From positions 1 through 64,000 of the forward strand of contig NMRA01000037.1 in assembly GCA_002633005.1 (NCBI GenBank): 64,000 bases of DNA, read 5' to 3'. Positions within the stretch are counted from its first letter, which is position 1; the number at the start of each line of letters is the position of its first letter. The stretch comes from Phoronis australis. Lineage: Eukaryota > Animalia > Phoronida. The notes under the pieces are model-generated. The model was not told where the DNA came from. It did not search any database and saw only the letters and a program-made list of their open reading frames with translations. Below are positions 14,750-45,955 of the stretch, piece after piece. A program made the translations under genes and the position numbers.

Positions 14750-15110
14750 TGAAATATCAGGTCCCTCCATCTCTGGATTTTGGGACTGAATATCGGCCCC
14801 ATTCCCCTCTGAAAACTTTCGAAAAATCACGCGAAATTCTCCTCATGATGCCCAAAAATTCCCCGCAAGTTATTGAAAAATTCCCCTCGATGTTCAAATC
14901 CCTTGTAACTCATACCGGTAACAATTTGAAAGAGCACAAAATGTTAGTTTTGTTTACTAGAGGCAGAGCCTATGAGGGCTTGCAGAAGGTGTGGGGTGCT
15001 ATTAATGGTGATTGGGAGGTAGAGTTTCCCCTCACCTCGAAATACTCCCCTCTCAGAAAGCACGGGCGCCTTTCCCCTCTGATGAACAAGGGACCTAAAT
15101 ATTCAGGACT
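14750..15110. mobile_element. Degenerate MITE with repeated ttcccct motifs
   Basis: Inverted ends atatcaggtccct / agggacctaaatat; internal ttcccctc repeats. Confidence 0.4.
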
Positions 15111-17317
15111 GGTCTGTATAACTATATGATCAAAATGCGTCAGCAATCTTGTCTCACTGGCTTACTCTTATTTTGAAAACCGAAAAGGATGGCCTTGGCC
15201 TTGAGAACTACTATTAGCACAAATCCACAGCGCCCTCTACCTGTTGGACAAATTTTTACCGAGGGAGGGCTGTTTCCTAAATTTCTACAAAATTTCCTGA
15301 AACTTGAAATTTACGTAGAATAGACTCAAAAACCTTCTCTTCCATTTCCTGATATGTTTAACTGTAAATGGCATTTTAAGGACAAGTTCATTTTTGTTTC
15401 AAACCCACAACCTACTGTTATGAGAATCAGATAGACTTCTGTTGGGTGTTATGACATTTACTGCAGAACTGTTGACCTTACCAGACCATGACCTGACCTC
15501 AGCATGATCTGTAATCTGACCTGTGACCCCAGGGATCAAATTGGATGGCAAGCAGGTTGTTGAATTCTTTGGTGCACCCTTGCTCTGGGAGTGCACTGGA
15601 CTTCATAAAAACAATAGATTTACTTTTTCCGTGGGTGTGAGAGAACTTTCCATGTTCATGTTAATGTTTATTGTGACAAGTGTTCTTGGAAAACATATCT
15701 CCTTGTGTGAAGTTCCTGGAACCAGTTGATTTCAAGATCTAATTCTGAGTTTTGCAAAAAAATGTTTTCGACCCGTTACCATAAAGCATTGAGAAAGCGG
15801 GAAAAAAATTGTTGACTGAAATATCACTTGCTTAGTTCAAAATCAAAACTTCTAATAGCCTCATCGGAAAATTTACTTTCCCAAGTGTTGACATGATATC
15901 CACATTCCACATCTTATACCGTCATGGTTTTTAGATGAGAGATTTGCCTGAATGTGGAAATATTTTAGATGTCAAATTGTTTTTACTATAACTGTCAACC
16001 CCTTGTATATCAGTGGGGTTCAAAACTAGCGCAGCAAATCTTTTGAAGTTGTTCATTCTGCAGCTTGACGGCTGTAGATGAAAAAGTATTTGGTTTTATT
16101 CCATTCAGTATTTTGCTCTGCAGGTTTCATCTAACAACACAAGGGGGAGCTTCTCAGCAATTCAACAGTGTAATACGCCTTTTATTAGTAAAGAAGAGAC
16201 AATTCTCACATTTGCTTTCGTTATAATTTGAAGGAATGTTACCGTATGAAGTGTTTTGGGTAATCTCTACTGTTATCAAGAAGCGTTGCTTGAATTGAAG
16301 TGAGGCTATTACAGTTGATCACATGTTTATGGATTATTTCTATAGTATGTATGGCCAGGAGGCTAATTAAAACTGACTCCGGGTTGTACAGATCCACGGG
16401 ATGTTAAGGGGTGTGTTTAGGGCTGCTTCATTCTTCTTCTGCTGTGAATCTCTGCTCCACACAGGTGTATGTGGTAATTGGTTATGACAAGGGACAGTAG
16501 TGTGGTTGTCTATAAAGCCTTACCTAGCTTTCTGTCTATAGCATTACCCAGCTTCCTGTTAGCCAGTCGGTATTTAATAGGAGTCAGTGGCTTCACTTGT
16601 TTTTGAGTCTAATTGTCTCTGAAAGTCGGGGTTTCCTTGGATGAAGTGGAATTTGGTTGGTTGACATATTTGTTTGGTATTTCTTAGTAGCTGATATGTG
16701 TTTAAACTGATTAGTAAGGATTGTGACCTGGGCCTAGATTTGCTGTAGAGCCTAGCGGCGATTGTAACATCTTGTTGTAGCAGCTCATTGTAAATGTACG
16801 GTATGCAACAAAATATTCTCATCATAACATTCTTGATTCTTGCTTAAGACTAATGTTGTTATGGGGAAGGGTGTGTAGTAAGTTACCGGGATGGGGTGAG
16901 GGTGTGTACCGGCGTGGGGGAGAGGGTGTAGTAAGACGTCAAAGAACATGCTTAAAATTTATTTAAACCGAATTTGACTAGTTTTCATAGTAGAAAAACA
17001 ATATATATTAGATTGCAATAATTTTTAAGTCTGGTCTGCACGCCTCCTGTTGGCCACATGGCGTACCTTAAGGAATGAATGTATGTATGAAAAGATTTCC
17101 GCCTCGACCGGGACTGTCCCAGTTGGTGTGTTGACCAGATTTAAGAAATGCTTGCGATCTGTTTTTCCACGTCTTTTTAAGATTTACATGTTCATGAATG
17201 TTGGATTTGTCTAAAACAGAAAACCAGGTTTCTTAGTAAACTATAGAATGTCAAAAACAGGATGATGGAAAGGGTGAAGTTGTCTTCACAAAATCAGCTG
17301 AGTTTCCAGTGTCAATA

Positions 17318-17680
17318 AGGCCATCCCAGATTACAGAGCAACACTCGAATCTCCACAATGCCGTAAACATCCTTCAGACACATTTGCTGCCTCGTTTTCA
17401 TGCCACTGGAGGTACACACGTTATTTGTTGCCGCCTGATTCTTTTTAAGTTTTCTTGGTTGCATTACTCTCATTCGTCCTTTCAATGCCAGTGTTACTGC
17501 TGTTGTGGGCAGCAACTCCGGCATGAGAAAGTTTGATAAACTGGACAAAACCCGTGGATGCGTGATCTAAACATCAATGAGAGACACGAAAATGGGCCTG
17601 ATTTCCAAAACGAGGTCAGGCGCTTTCTTATCTCCGTAACAAAGGAGAGTTCTGTTGCCGTGTAATCCGAGATGACTCTG
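17318..17680 (+). mobile_element. MITE family A, copy 1
   Basis: Inverted ends gccatcccagattaca / tgtaatccgagatgac; shares gagaaagtttgataaactggacaaa..cccgtggatgcgtgatct and gatttccaaaacgaggtca with 33756-34146. Confidence 0.75.
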
Positions 17681-18974
17681 TTGGTTGGTTTTTCTCTCAA
17701 GGAACACACGCACACCCAACACCAAAAATATCGTGTTATCACATGGGCATTATGACTTGAAATCTTATAGTAGTGGCGTGTGCTTAGAGGTCCACTAATA
17801 ATAATTATATATCATAAGAATGTAATCAACATATGAACACAACCTGTCTGCCACATACAACAAACCCAATACATAACTGGGAGACTTGCCACTCAGATCA
17901 ACAGGTCTTCAGGCAGTGCTGTGATACCATGTAACACCTGTTGATGTTGCCGTGGTGACTAGACAGCCTTGACCCATGCCATGGACACATCACGTGCTGT
18001 GGGTTTGGCCACTAAGTAGAACCATCCAAGTGAATTACTGACAAACAGGAAATAAATGAAAACCACCGAGAGCAAAAACAGAGGTAGCAAGGAATAATCA
18101 CAGGCTGACCTCGCTGATACAGTCAGCTGACAAGGGACTCCTTGGTTAGTGCAAAGACACTCCATGTTACAGCAAAGTCATTACACATAAATTAGCATTT
18201 AGTTCACATTTCTCGGACAATCATGTCCTGGGGATATTTTTGATGAGTGTGTAAAGTTGGACATTACAGTCAGTTTGTTGTAACTCCCAAAGTGACCCCT
18301 TTTGGAGAGGAATTAAATCAGGAATCTTAGAACAATAATTACTTACAGGTACAAGACACTCATTTTTAGTTTTGAAAATGTATTGAACTCCATATTTTTA
18401 AGACAATAATTGATTCAGGATAATTTTTTTAAGAAAAGTAACTTTTCAGGAGAATTTTACTGGTGTAGTGTGTATGGCATGGCTATCAGAAGCCAAAATT
18501 TGGTAAAATTTTGATCATTTGCAACAAAGTAAGCTTTTGAAAGGTATGCCAGTTGTCCCAATTATTTTTGTCCCAAATTTAAGGATTTTTACCGCATTTA
18601 GAATCAGAAAACATTTCCACTAAGGCTATGTAAAATTGGTTTGAATAACTGAACAGTTGATGAAACATGCACATTTACATTTTAACGTATTAATTTTTTT
18701 ATTTAAAGGCCCGATAAGAAAGGATCGTTCTGTCTGTGTTCTTATTAATTTATTGTCTGCCATTATCTCAAGTGCGTCCCTAGTTAAAGCGTGCTGTCAC
18801 GTAAAGATATGCCCGTATGACGTTACCACCACACCTGAGTTACGTTAGCCCCTGAGAATATCTGGGTTAATTGGATTATAATGGCAGAGTGCTGTTACAG
18901 CTCCTGGTCACTTCCTTAAGGGAAATCTGACAATAATCACAAGAATACATCCCCTGTTGTCAATCGACAGTTTA

Positions 18975-19356
18975 AAGTCCCCTCCATACACAGCATACCC
19001 TAGAACATCTTGCACTTGTGCAAATTACCCCACTTTTAAGTGGAGCTTCCAAACACACATATCCTATAACTAGGGTAAGGCGGAAGTTATCGCTCTCTGT
19101 GTGACAATGAACGACACCTAATTCGAATGAGGTGTTCAAAAGCAAACCTCTCTGTATGTAACCTCAGCTGCTAATTTCTTCTGCCTTGCCCCAGGTTTGC
19201 GGCTTAAGTTACCCTACCTCGATAATGGGGAGTAAGTTATCCCAAGTGGGGTAACTTGCACTAGTTTGAATAGCGTCCACATAGCCTCCAAACCTGGCGA
19301 CAACTCATTCCAGGAGTAACTTGTTCTAGGGTAAGTCTATGCGTGGACAGCACTAA
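18975..19356. mobile_element. Degenerate palindromic MITE
   Basis: Inverted pairs taccctagaaca / tgttctagggta and gtgcaaattacccca / tggggtaacttgcac. Confidence 0.55.
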
Positions 19357-19764
19357 AGACATACTTGCACTTTAGTTGTGTGGAAAACGGACATGTGGTC
19401 ACCATGTACCTACACACATACTGGCCCTTTGAGTGTTGTTCTCATTATTTATGCGTTGATTTGATGGTGAGATTGCTCTGGGGTTGCAATAAAACAATTA
19501 AACAATTTACCTTCAGAGATTCGTGGCACAGCGTGTGTGACCAGGCACAGCAAAATATTGGCCTCCTGTTTGGCTGAAATATTGTTTGGTGGGTTAATGG
19601 ATCATTTTGAAGTCAATGATGGTTCTCTTGGAGTAGGTTATTCCAATTAATGCAATTTATACAACCTCATTACCAAAGTTCTGCTGTTTTTCATTGCATA
19701 GCAATGCAACTTGGCTGGTACGTTGTAACCCGCAGTTAAAATCGCAAAGTAAGGGTAAAGGTAC

Positions 19765-20162
19765 AGGCACTTACCTTGACTTGGACAGAGTCAAGCATGC
19801 TTACCTTGACCACGGGAGAGTCCAGCAAGCTTACGTACCTTGAACAGGGGAGAGCCCAGCAAGCTTGTGTACCTTGACCAGGGGAGAACCCAGCAAGCTT
19901 GCGTACCTTGGCCAGAGGAGAGCCCAGCAAGCTTGTGTACCTTGGCCAGGGGAGAACTCAACAAGCTTACATCACTTGACCAGGGAACAATCCAATGTGC
20001 TTATGTACCTTGACCAGGGGAGAGACCAGAAAGCTTACATACCTTAACTTTTGGAGATCTCAGCAAGCTTACGTACCTTGATCAGTGGAGAATCCAGCAA
20101 CCTAAATCTTACTTTGACCGGGGAGTACCCAGCAAGCTTGCCTGAACCAGGGCATAGCCCAG
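19765..20162. repeat. Diverged 34-bp minisatellite (about 12 units), consensus CAGCAAGCTTRYGTACCTTGACCAGGGGAGARCC
   Basis: Direct periodic repeats visible in the sequence. Confidence 0.85.
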
Positions 20163-22341
20163 TAATTTACGAAAGAGAGTGGGGTATGGCTCTTCAGGGA
20201 CCGAGCAGGAAGGTTTGGCTGTGCGTTGGTGATGATGGCCCTGGAACTGGGCTGCGTTCATTAATGCTTGTATCTTGTGAGATCACGGAGGTCTTCGCGA
20301 GATAATGCCATGATGTACGAGGAAAGCCTGTGACCTCGCTGGCTGTCACTCGTGAGAAACTAAGTCCCTCGGCTGTTTCTAAATGGCACTCTCATGTATT
20401 TGAATGCATAACAGCAATGTGCTACTTCCCATCCCATTTATCATATTTACAGCAGGCCTCCCAGTTAGTTGATCACTCCAGAAGGAAAACTTTTTCACAT
20501 GTTCCTGTCCTAGAATCTTAGAATGTATACTGGGTCTTTAAAACTACTGTAATTTTTCAGCATTATTTACCAAATGTTATTATTTTGCAGCCTAAATGTC
20601 ATTTGTCATCAAATTACTAACATCACAGTTTTATAAAAGATTCTTAAGTTGAATGCACTTCTTACCCACTGTTTTTATTAGCTCTAGTTTGGGTGAGTCG
20701 TCTTGGAAACTAGAGTCCATCATCCCCTGTAAAGGTAATCAGTGACCTCATTTTGATGCAGTTTATTTGATGCATCTCTTCTTGCTGAAGCCTGTGTCAA
20801 TCCACTTAAGCACTGTTTGTCCTAGAATCTTGACAACAGCGGTGGTTAGATTGAAAAAACATTTAGTTGAGTGGAATTTTTAATTAATTTGCTGATGTGG
20901 GTTAGCTGGTCGTTGACATTTATTTCTCCTGAACCTATATTTTTATCAGTTTCTAATGATTTTTATGACTTTTTGTTGGAAAGTGACTGTTTTAAACAAG
21001 GTTCTATTTTCAAGAATGTGCGAGGTAATGTTCAAATACAAGTAATGTGCTCTCCAGAGACCAATGAAGAACCTATTCTCCAGAAGTAATGTTGGGTACA
21101 GTGCTGTCTTGGAGTGATAATGTATACTTGTAGAAACATGCGTAAGGCTGTACCTTTGTACAGGCAGGTAACTCGTGGTAATTGATTGATAAAAACTGAA
21201 CATCACATGCAGGTTAGAAACAATAACTTGGTGATGTTATCTCAGTAGGGTAGAGCATTGTATTGTTAGATGCCATGTTGTTGATGAAAAGTTTTAGCAG
21301 TGTTGTAAAGGCATTAAGTGAACACCAGTAGTTGAACGTGGAATGTTTCTGTTTTCAATATTAGACTGTGGTAGATGCATTTTAATTTTGACCCATGAAA
21401 ATGCTATTGATCATGGCTGGTAACCCTGAAAGTGCGTGCCTTATCTTAGGTCAGTTATTGAGGCACTGTTGCTGTGCCTCATTCAGATTGAGGTTGAACT
21501 AAAGTCGACAATTTGGGACATTGAAAAATCACTTTTTTGCTCAAGGTTGGAGCTTATCCCAAATTCTAGAAATAAGCTATACTGGGCATCCCAAATTCAG
21601 AAATCAATGGATAGACGGCAAAATTACCCACTCAAAAGATTGAAAACACGCTGGTGAAATTTGAGAAATATAATGATGAATGGGAAACTCACTGGTGTTC
21701 CAAATATCAGATTGAAGAAAATTCAATTTTTTCGTCAGTTTCCATGTCCCAAATTCTAGAGAGTGTTCCTAATTTGAGAATTTTACCTGTAAGTACACTC
21801 ATAAGTCATTAGATTACAACTAATGACTAGTTACAACTAATGACTAATTACAAGGCATGATTTAATGAAAATTGATTCGAGATTAGTCAGATAATACGCT
21901 CCTCAGTACAATTTCTGAAAAATAATAAAATCTCAGAGAGTAGTCACTACTTGAACACTTTGGTGGCGTTACAAAAAGGGAATGTTGTGGATTGTTGTTT
22001 AGGACACAATGCATCAATTTTAACGTCACAGATGTGAAAGCGCGCGCTTTCCGAACATGCAGAACAATGTGTAGTTTGAACACAACAACTGCTTTTCAAA
22101 CACAATAGCAAATTCGTTGTTGCCGAAGCTTCAGCCAATGTGAAAACTTTTAACTTTGTTCGGTCTTGAATCGATTTGTAACAGCGTGAGTTAACTCCGA
22201 AGTAAAGAGGTGGATTTAACAGCGAAGCCTCAACTGTTGTTAACCACAAGCTTTGGTAGTAGCAATGTTAACTGTATGGGAAAGGACCTTGAACCATCAC
22301 TCAGTAATTATGGTGTGGGAGGTGTAATTACCGTTGTACTA

Positions 22342-24319
22342 CCGTAAACGTTCGGGTTAACGCCCATGCTCAGTTAACCGCCCACCCCCTACTTTAGGTG
22401 GATTTTCGATTTAACCGCCCACTGCTCGGTTAAGCGCCCCCCTGCTATTTTTGAAGATTTCCAGTTAAGCGCCCACCTCTCGGTTAAGCGCCCATCCCCG
22501 ACTTTTAAAGAATGAAGATTTAGCGCCCAGTGCTAAGGAAACGTGCGATTTCCCGACTTTTAGAAAAAGATCATGATCACAAAGAGCGCAACGACGCCGG
22601 GCTTCCGAGACGGTGGTTTAGCAATGTGAATTACAATTCAAGCAACGAGTTATTGTCTTGGGTCATGGACTCACTTCAAAATATAATACTTGAACGTTTT
22701 TGTCACTTTATTTTCTTCCCATGTTTGCAAAGTTTAAGAACGCCGCCGGCGTCAAAACCTCCGCTTCAGCGACTTTGTCTGCCGCGCTGAGTTTCCATCT
22801 GTAGTGCACAAGATAAAACATATATTCGAAAAAATCAGGCCAGAGAAATGTGACAATGGTTTTGCCAACCCTCCACATTCTATTAAGGTGGGAAGCTCTC
22901 GTATTTTGAACAAATCGCAAAACTCACGGAAAGATGTCAAATTCTCAACATTTTGATGAATGTAACTGCCGGGTTATAGAAGATGTGTGGCGACCGAAGG
23001 GACAGTACAAGTGCCTTACTGGGTTACCGATTTCGTTGCTGCCTATGGATTTCTGAATTCAAAGGTTGACAATAATGTATATCTCAGTCAAACTGGCGTT
23101 AGCAGATTTAACTAATGTCCCTGGCTGTTTACTATTTCTTGCGTCAGCCCCCACGTAAGCGTGACTGTGTGAATTATCGTTTCCACATCCCCTTTTTAGC
23201 CATCCAGAATAATTTTGTTTATACACTGGCCAGTTTCAGCCTGAACAAAAATTCTTACCATTCTAGTCTGAAATATCTACGACGTAGACTGACTGAAAAT
23301 TGGCGATAGTGGGTAAGAGATGCACGCAGCTAGCTACAGGCATGGGCTTAGGGAACATCGAGCCGGGAAATATCGGAATTTACGTAACATCGCAGTTTTG
23401 GGGAACATTGGCATTGGAGGAACATCGTAAAGAATTGGGTCTTTTGTAGCAACAGCTTAAAAGTACATAGTCACGACCGTTTTTGATACTTAGGACTGTC
23501 GCTATTCTCTTAAGCGACTTTGTAGTGGTGCACGTGCGCAACTTCCCACACTTTGGAGTGCATGTTACCTTGACACCAACATGTGATTGACAGGTGACTC
23601 ACACATAGGCCCTACGTGCGTGCTGAATCCCGCCGCTATCTTTTGCCATAAAAAAACGAGGTGCACATATCGAAAGAGGCCGTTATATTACAAGACGGCA
23701 TTTATAAATCACGATTGTCAGCCGACTGCGACATTGCGCGCTAACAGCCTGACCGAACAGTGCCGCAGTACGATTTTGCAAGTGATATAAATAGTATAAT
23801 CTGGACATCCTGCATGAAAAATAAATGTTTTTCCACCACGAAGTTTGGTAAGGTGATCCTGTAAGAATGAATTGAAACATATTTGCAATCCAAGTAGAGG
23901 CTGCGTGGTCTCTGGTCGTCTGCGCTGCGCAGGGCAAAGTAACAAGACCGCAGGACGGCACGGGGCTATTACTCGGCAATTCTGTAAATTTAATAGTGAA
24001 TAACTAATCTGAGGGCAAGAGAACCTTTGTTGGGATCATCCGCTGACATTTTCCCCGTCATGAGGCGACGTGACGATAACGCTCTTTGAAAAGTGCTACG
24101 CGTTCCGATTGCGTGTGTGGTGTGGGCACTTAGATCACGAAGTAAGATTAACCGCCCAGGGTGGTTGCCTGTTGTAATAAGCGCCCACGTTCGGTTAACC
24201 GCCCACCCTGGATTTCTTGAAATTTCACGTTTAAGTGCCCATGTCTGGTTAACCGCCCACCCCAGATTTTTTGGGTTTTCCAATTTAAGCGCCCAGGGCG
24301 TTAACCCGAACGTTTACGG
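22342..24319. mobile_element. Non-autonomous Tc1/mariner (pogo-like) DNA transposon, 1978 bp
   Basis: Perfect 24-bp TIR CCGTAAACGTTCGGGTTAACGCCC, TA at both flanks, arrays of subterminal TTAA(C/G)CGCCCA motifs at both ends, CpG-rich interior, no transposase ORF. Confidence 0.9.
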
Positions 24320-25351
24320 TATATAAAGCTGTTCATTAAGGTTGGGCTGCATAAAACTTAACAAGCGAATTGTTACATGACATCAGGTGAAGTGCAACAA
24401 GTCGTGTGTTTATGTGATATGGCTCTTGCTATATAGCACGTAACCGTTATACAACACGAACCGGTTGCATAAACTAAAAATTTTCTATTAACCCTTTTCA
24501 AGAAGTTTAAAATTTGTGTTCTTTCAATTTTTTTATTTTACGGCTCTTCGCAGCTATGATGCAAATTTCACAGATTTCAAAATTCCAAACGTCTTATTTG
24601 CATATTCTTGGATCACTGTTTTTTTAGCTTGCATTTGTTTGGTTGTTTGTGACTGCACTGCAAAAACATAGAAGTGTTTCTAATTAGTGGCAGACCTTTT
24701 CTGGAGATCCCCTGTGCTTCTTAGAATACATAAGACACCCACATCAATCAATAGATTGATTGTTGTGACTAGACAGAATGTCTGTTTGAATTTTGGATTG
24801 TGCTTCTGGCTAGACAGGCTACCATTCAGAATAATGTCACATGCCAAGCTTGTCAATTAAGGAAAACATTGATGGCTGGAATAATGTTGAGAAATGTTTT
24901 GTTATTAATGTGCTAAAATTCTTGAGCAGCTTACAGGTACTTCAAATGGGCAGGGTAGACATGTTAATTTAGGTCATTATAATTAATAAACTAATAATGT
25001 ATCCAAATGGAGATCAATCTCGACATAATTTGTAAGAACTACGTACATATAGACATTACTTATTTATTCCATGTCTTTGTACAGGGTATTTAAAAGGACT
25101 TTGCTTGTTATTTCATGATCGTCACTGTTGATATCAAGCTTAGTTTGATATAAAATGATGGCTTAATTCTGGAAAACTTTATTGCTGAATTTAGTAAAGT
25201 GATCATTTTATACGTTTAAAAAATGCTTTCAGTCTCTTTACGTACGACTGTCCTCTTGACTACCGGGTAATATTTATTTGCAAGTTGCCGTCCCTTTAAG
25301 TTGAAAAAAAGAGTCGAAGATATTTCACTGAATAATTGTGTCCCCTGTTGA

Positions 25352-43079
<17,728 letters not shown>

Positions 43080-43529
43080 AGATGTTAGAAGGGCGGGTAG
43101 TGGATGCTCTCAGCCCGTGCTGTTGGTTCAAGCCAAACAGTTGCTTTATTCAAGAGTAGCTTGTTATGACCAGCCGAGTCTGCTACTGCGATAATTCACC
43201 ATTACTTCGTGTGCAGTGCTTCTTGTAACTAGATTCAGCTGTTTTGTAGTATGACATACTTTTCTGGACTCATCTCCCATGGTGCCAACATTATAACTAG
43301 AAAGTCTCCAAAGCTACAGAATCTAGACATGGAATCAGGATTCATAGTAAATCCATGTCTTAAAGAGTCGTCGAATCAATGCTGGGTGTTGAGCATGACT
43401 TGATAAAAGTGTTCTGACGTTCATGAGGCTTTCTGTAATTCCTGCAAAAGCATGTCATTTTTTAACAAATTGATGAGGTGTCTATTGGTTCTGCATACAT
43501 TTGGGTGTTTCCATGTTTTCTGTATTAAA

Positions 43530-43640
43530 GGGCAATAGTCGGATAAAACATGCCTGTATTTTGAGAACCAGTTTGATGCCTATTATTCAGTGGAGAAAAC
43601 TGGTTCTCAAAATTCGGGCACGTTACATCCAATCATTACC
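43530..43640. repeat. Short palindromic dispersed repeat in the putative SIK3 3' UTR
   Basis: ttttgagaaccagttt ... aaactggttctcaaaa; same family as 5630-5750. Confidence 0.6.
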
Positions 43641-45721
43641 TACTAAAGTATGGTGACATTTTATAGTATGGAAGACAGAAATAATATTGTCTTGAAAATT
43701 TTGGGTCATATCCAGCATTTCAATGAAAGAATTCGGTCATTAATGTAAGTAAATTCCTGGAGTCTAAAAATTGTAGAATTACTTCCTTCGCGAAAATGTC
43801 TTTCTCCTCAAGTACGAAGGTCACGCTTACTGACAAGGCTCTGGTTGCAGAGACCGTCTTAAAGTTAGAACTTTCTATCTACTATTACCGTTTTGCCACG
43901 AAATGAAACAATTCAGCATTGCAGTGCCCGTGAACATTGCCAGTTGAGAGGGAAAGCACACTGGCACACCTGTCAATCACAGCTTTGACGATGGGTGCCC
44001 CCTTTCAGTAAATACACAAAATGTTCATGTGCTTAAATAAGGTCAGTTTTTTAGGAAAGAAAATCTATGCCATTGTTTTCGTAGGCCAGCCAGTCCGTCA
44101 TGGAAATTTCCAGAGGCACCCTACCTAGGCTGTTCATATGTTACTGATAACTTGAAGTGTATTTTGGAAATATTGTATGGCGGACATATTATTCAAGTCT
44201 CTTGCACCCCTGCCACGCCCAGAGCCACACCGAGTACCCCTCCCCCAAGACTCCCTCTATCAATTACCTTCATTGATGCTTGATCATTCATCTACTGTTT
44301 GAACAGCTGTAGAACAAGCAACATCTCAATCATTTTATCTATTACATGTTTATATTTACTGTATATAATACGTATATGCCAGTCTTGGAAAACGATTCAT
44401 TTGTCTTGTGTTTTGTAACTCTGTAAACTCTGTTTTATTTTCCTGGAGTCATTTTAGCGTTTAATTTATTTAGTACTGTGCTTAATTTTTGGCATTGAGG
44501 GCATCACTTCCGTGGCAATCATTATGTTGGCATTATTATTCATACATCGTCTGCTGTATTACAAGTACTTATTTATTTGGCATTCAGAAGGGTACTAAAC
44601 CGTGTTTTAGGTTCTTAACTGTTGTACACTACCTCCTGATCACTTAAGTGGGCTAGAAACCTGCCTTCCATCAAGAAATATATTTTAGACCATTCGCCAC
44701 TCGGAAATTGGTGTCAAAGTTTTCAAGTGATTTCGTAGAAAGAGCTAACATTTTGTTATTACTCAAGACCAGACTTTTCGAGTTGTCTTGTCATGACGTG
44801 TCATTTTATGCGTCAAGCATGGTCTCCAAGAATAACAAACTGTTAGTTCTTTGTAAACCCAGACACCCCTTCCCATCCAACTAAGGAACATGTTGAGGCC
44901 TATTTTGCACTGGTAAGTGGTCTAAATCTTAATCAAGATATCTCGTCTTGGACGGAACACGACCCTATAGCTGCTAAATGTTTGTAACAAGGTAATGATC
45001 GTTAACCTTTTTTGACATTCTCGTTTGGAGTAAGCTTGAAAATTCTTTCCACAAAGTTTGCAAAATCTGCAAGCATGGTTAGTGCTTCTACAGCGTTCGT
45101 CGATGGCGACGGGAAATTGCGCCTTCATCGAATCACTGGATGCTTTTTCCATCAAAATGATGAGAGCCACATTTCAGCTCTTCTCTCAAGCGAGGTGTGG
45201 AATCAATTTTTGGGTGAAATCATCAAAACGGGGTTTAGTATCCTCAAAGATTTGTTGGACTTCATTTCATTCAACTAAAGTATGGGCTAATCCATATTCT
45301 TTTATTATAATAGACGTTTTAGTTTCACACGATGGTCGTATGCTTGATGTCATTATTGGCAAAATCAGTTGTAGTTCCTTCCTCCTAGCAAATTATTTTG
45401 ATGATGTTCGTTTTTGGTCATAACATGAGGATAAAAGTGACGATCAATGGAACTTTATAAAACCTTGATGGTCAATTTTATCAAATTTTTTTGAGTTACT
45501 GTAATTATTCTCGCATTTCGCCAGAATTATGACTTTCCATTTTTCAAAGACTGATTACTTTACTGCAAATTACAGAAATTTTACCTAATGATTGTTTAAT
45601 AGCAGCTGTATGGTACAAACAAAGCTAACAACTGACTAAAATTTTCTTAATATTTATTCCTCTTGAAAAAATTTGTGTTAAATACGCGGTATCTTGCTTA
45701 TTACCGGTATATGTAGAGGTT

Positions 45722-45955
45722 TTAACAACTTATTTAAAATGACTTGTTCTTATTAAAGTGACAGGCAAGAAATTGAATTTCGGGCCTTTCAAAAGTGGGG
45801 CCTTGTACATTAATATAGGCGGCTGGGACCCGAAGGAGGATGAGGAGTGGGACCAACTGTATTAATATAGGTTGTCCCACTTTTGAGGCCCGACATTAAT
45901 TTCTTGCTTATGTCATTTTAGTAATAATAAATCATTTTAGTTAATAAACTGTTTA
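45722..45955. repeat. Long imperfect inverted repeat (foldback element)
   Basis: Arms gcaagaaattgaatttcgggcctttcaaaagtggg and cccacttttgaggcccgacattaatttcttgc, with further outer and inner pairing. Confidence 0.8.

Noticed and set aside
14728-15129. 133-aa ORF
   Set aside because: It coincides with a degenerate inverted-repeat element and has no protein motif.
19736-20305. Repetitive ORFs (19736-19930, 19865-20047, 20051-20305)
   Set aside because: They are translations of the 34-bp minisatellite.
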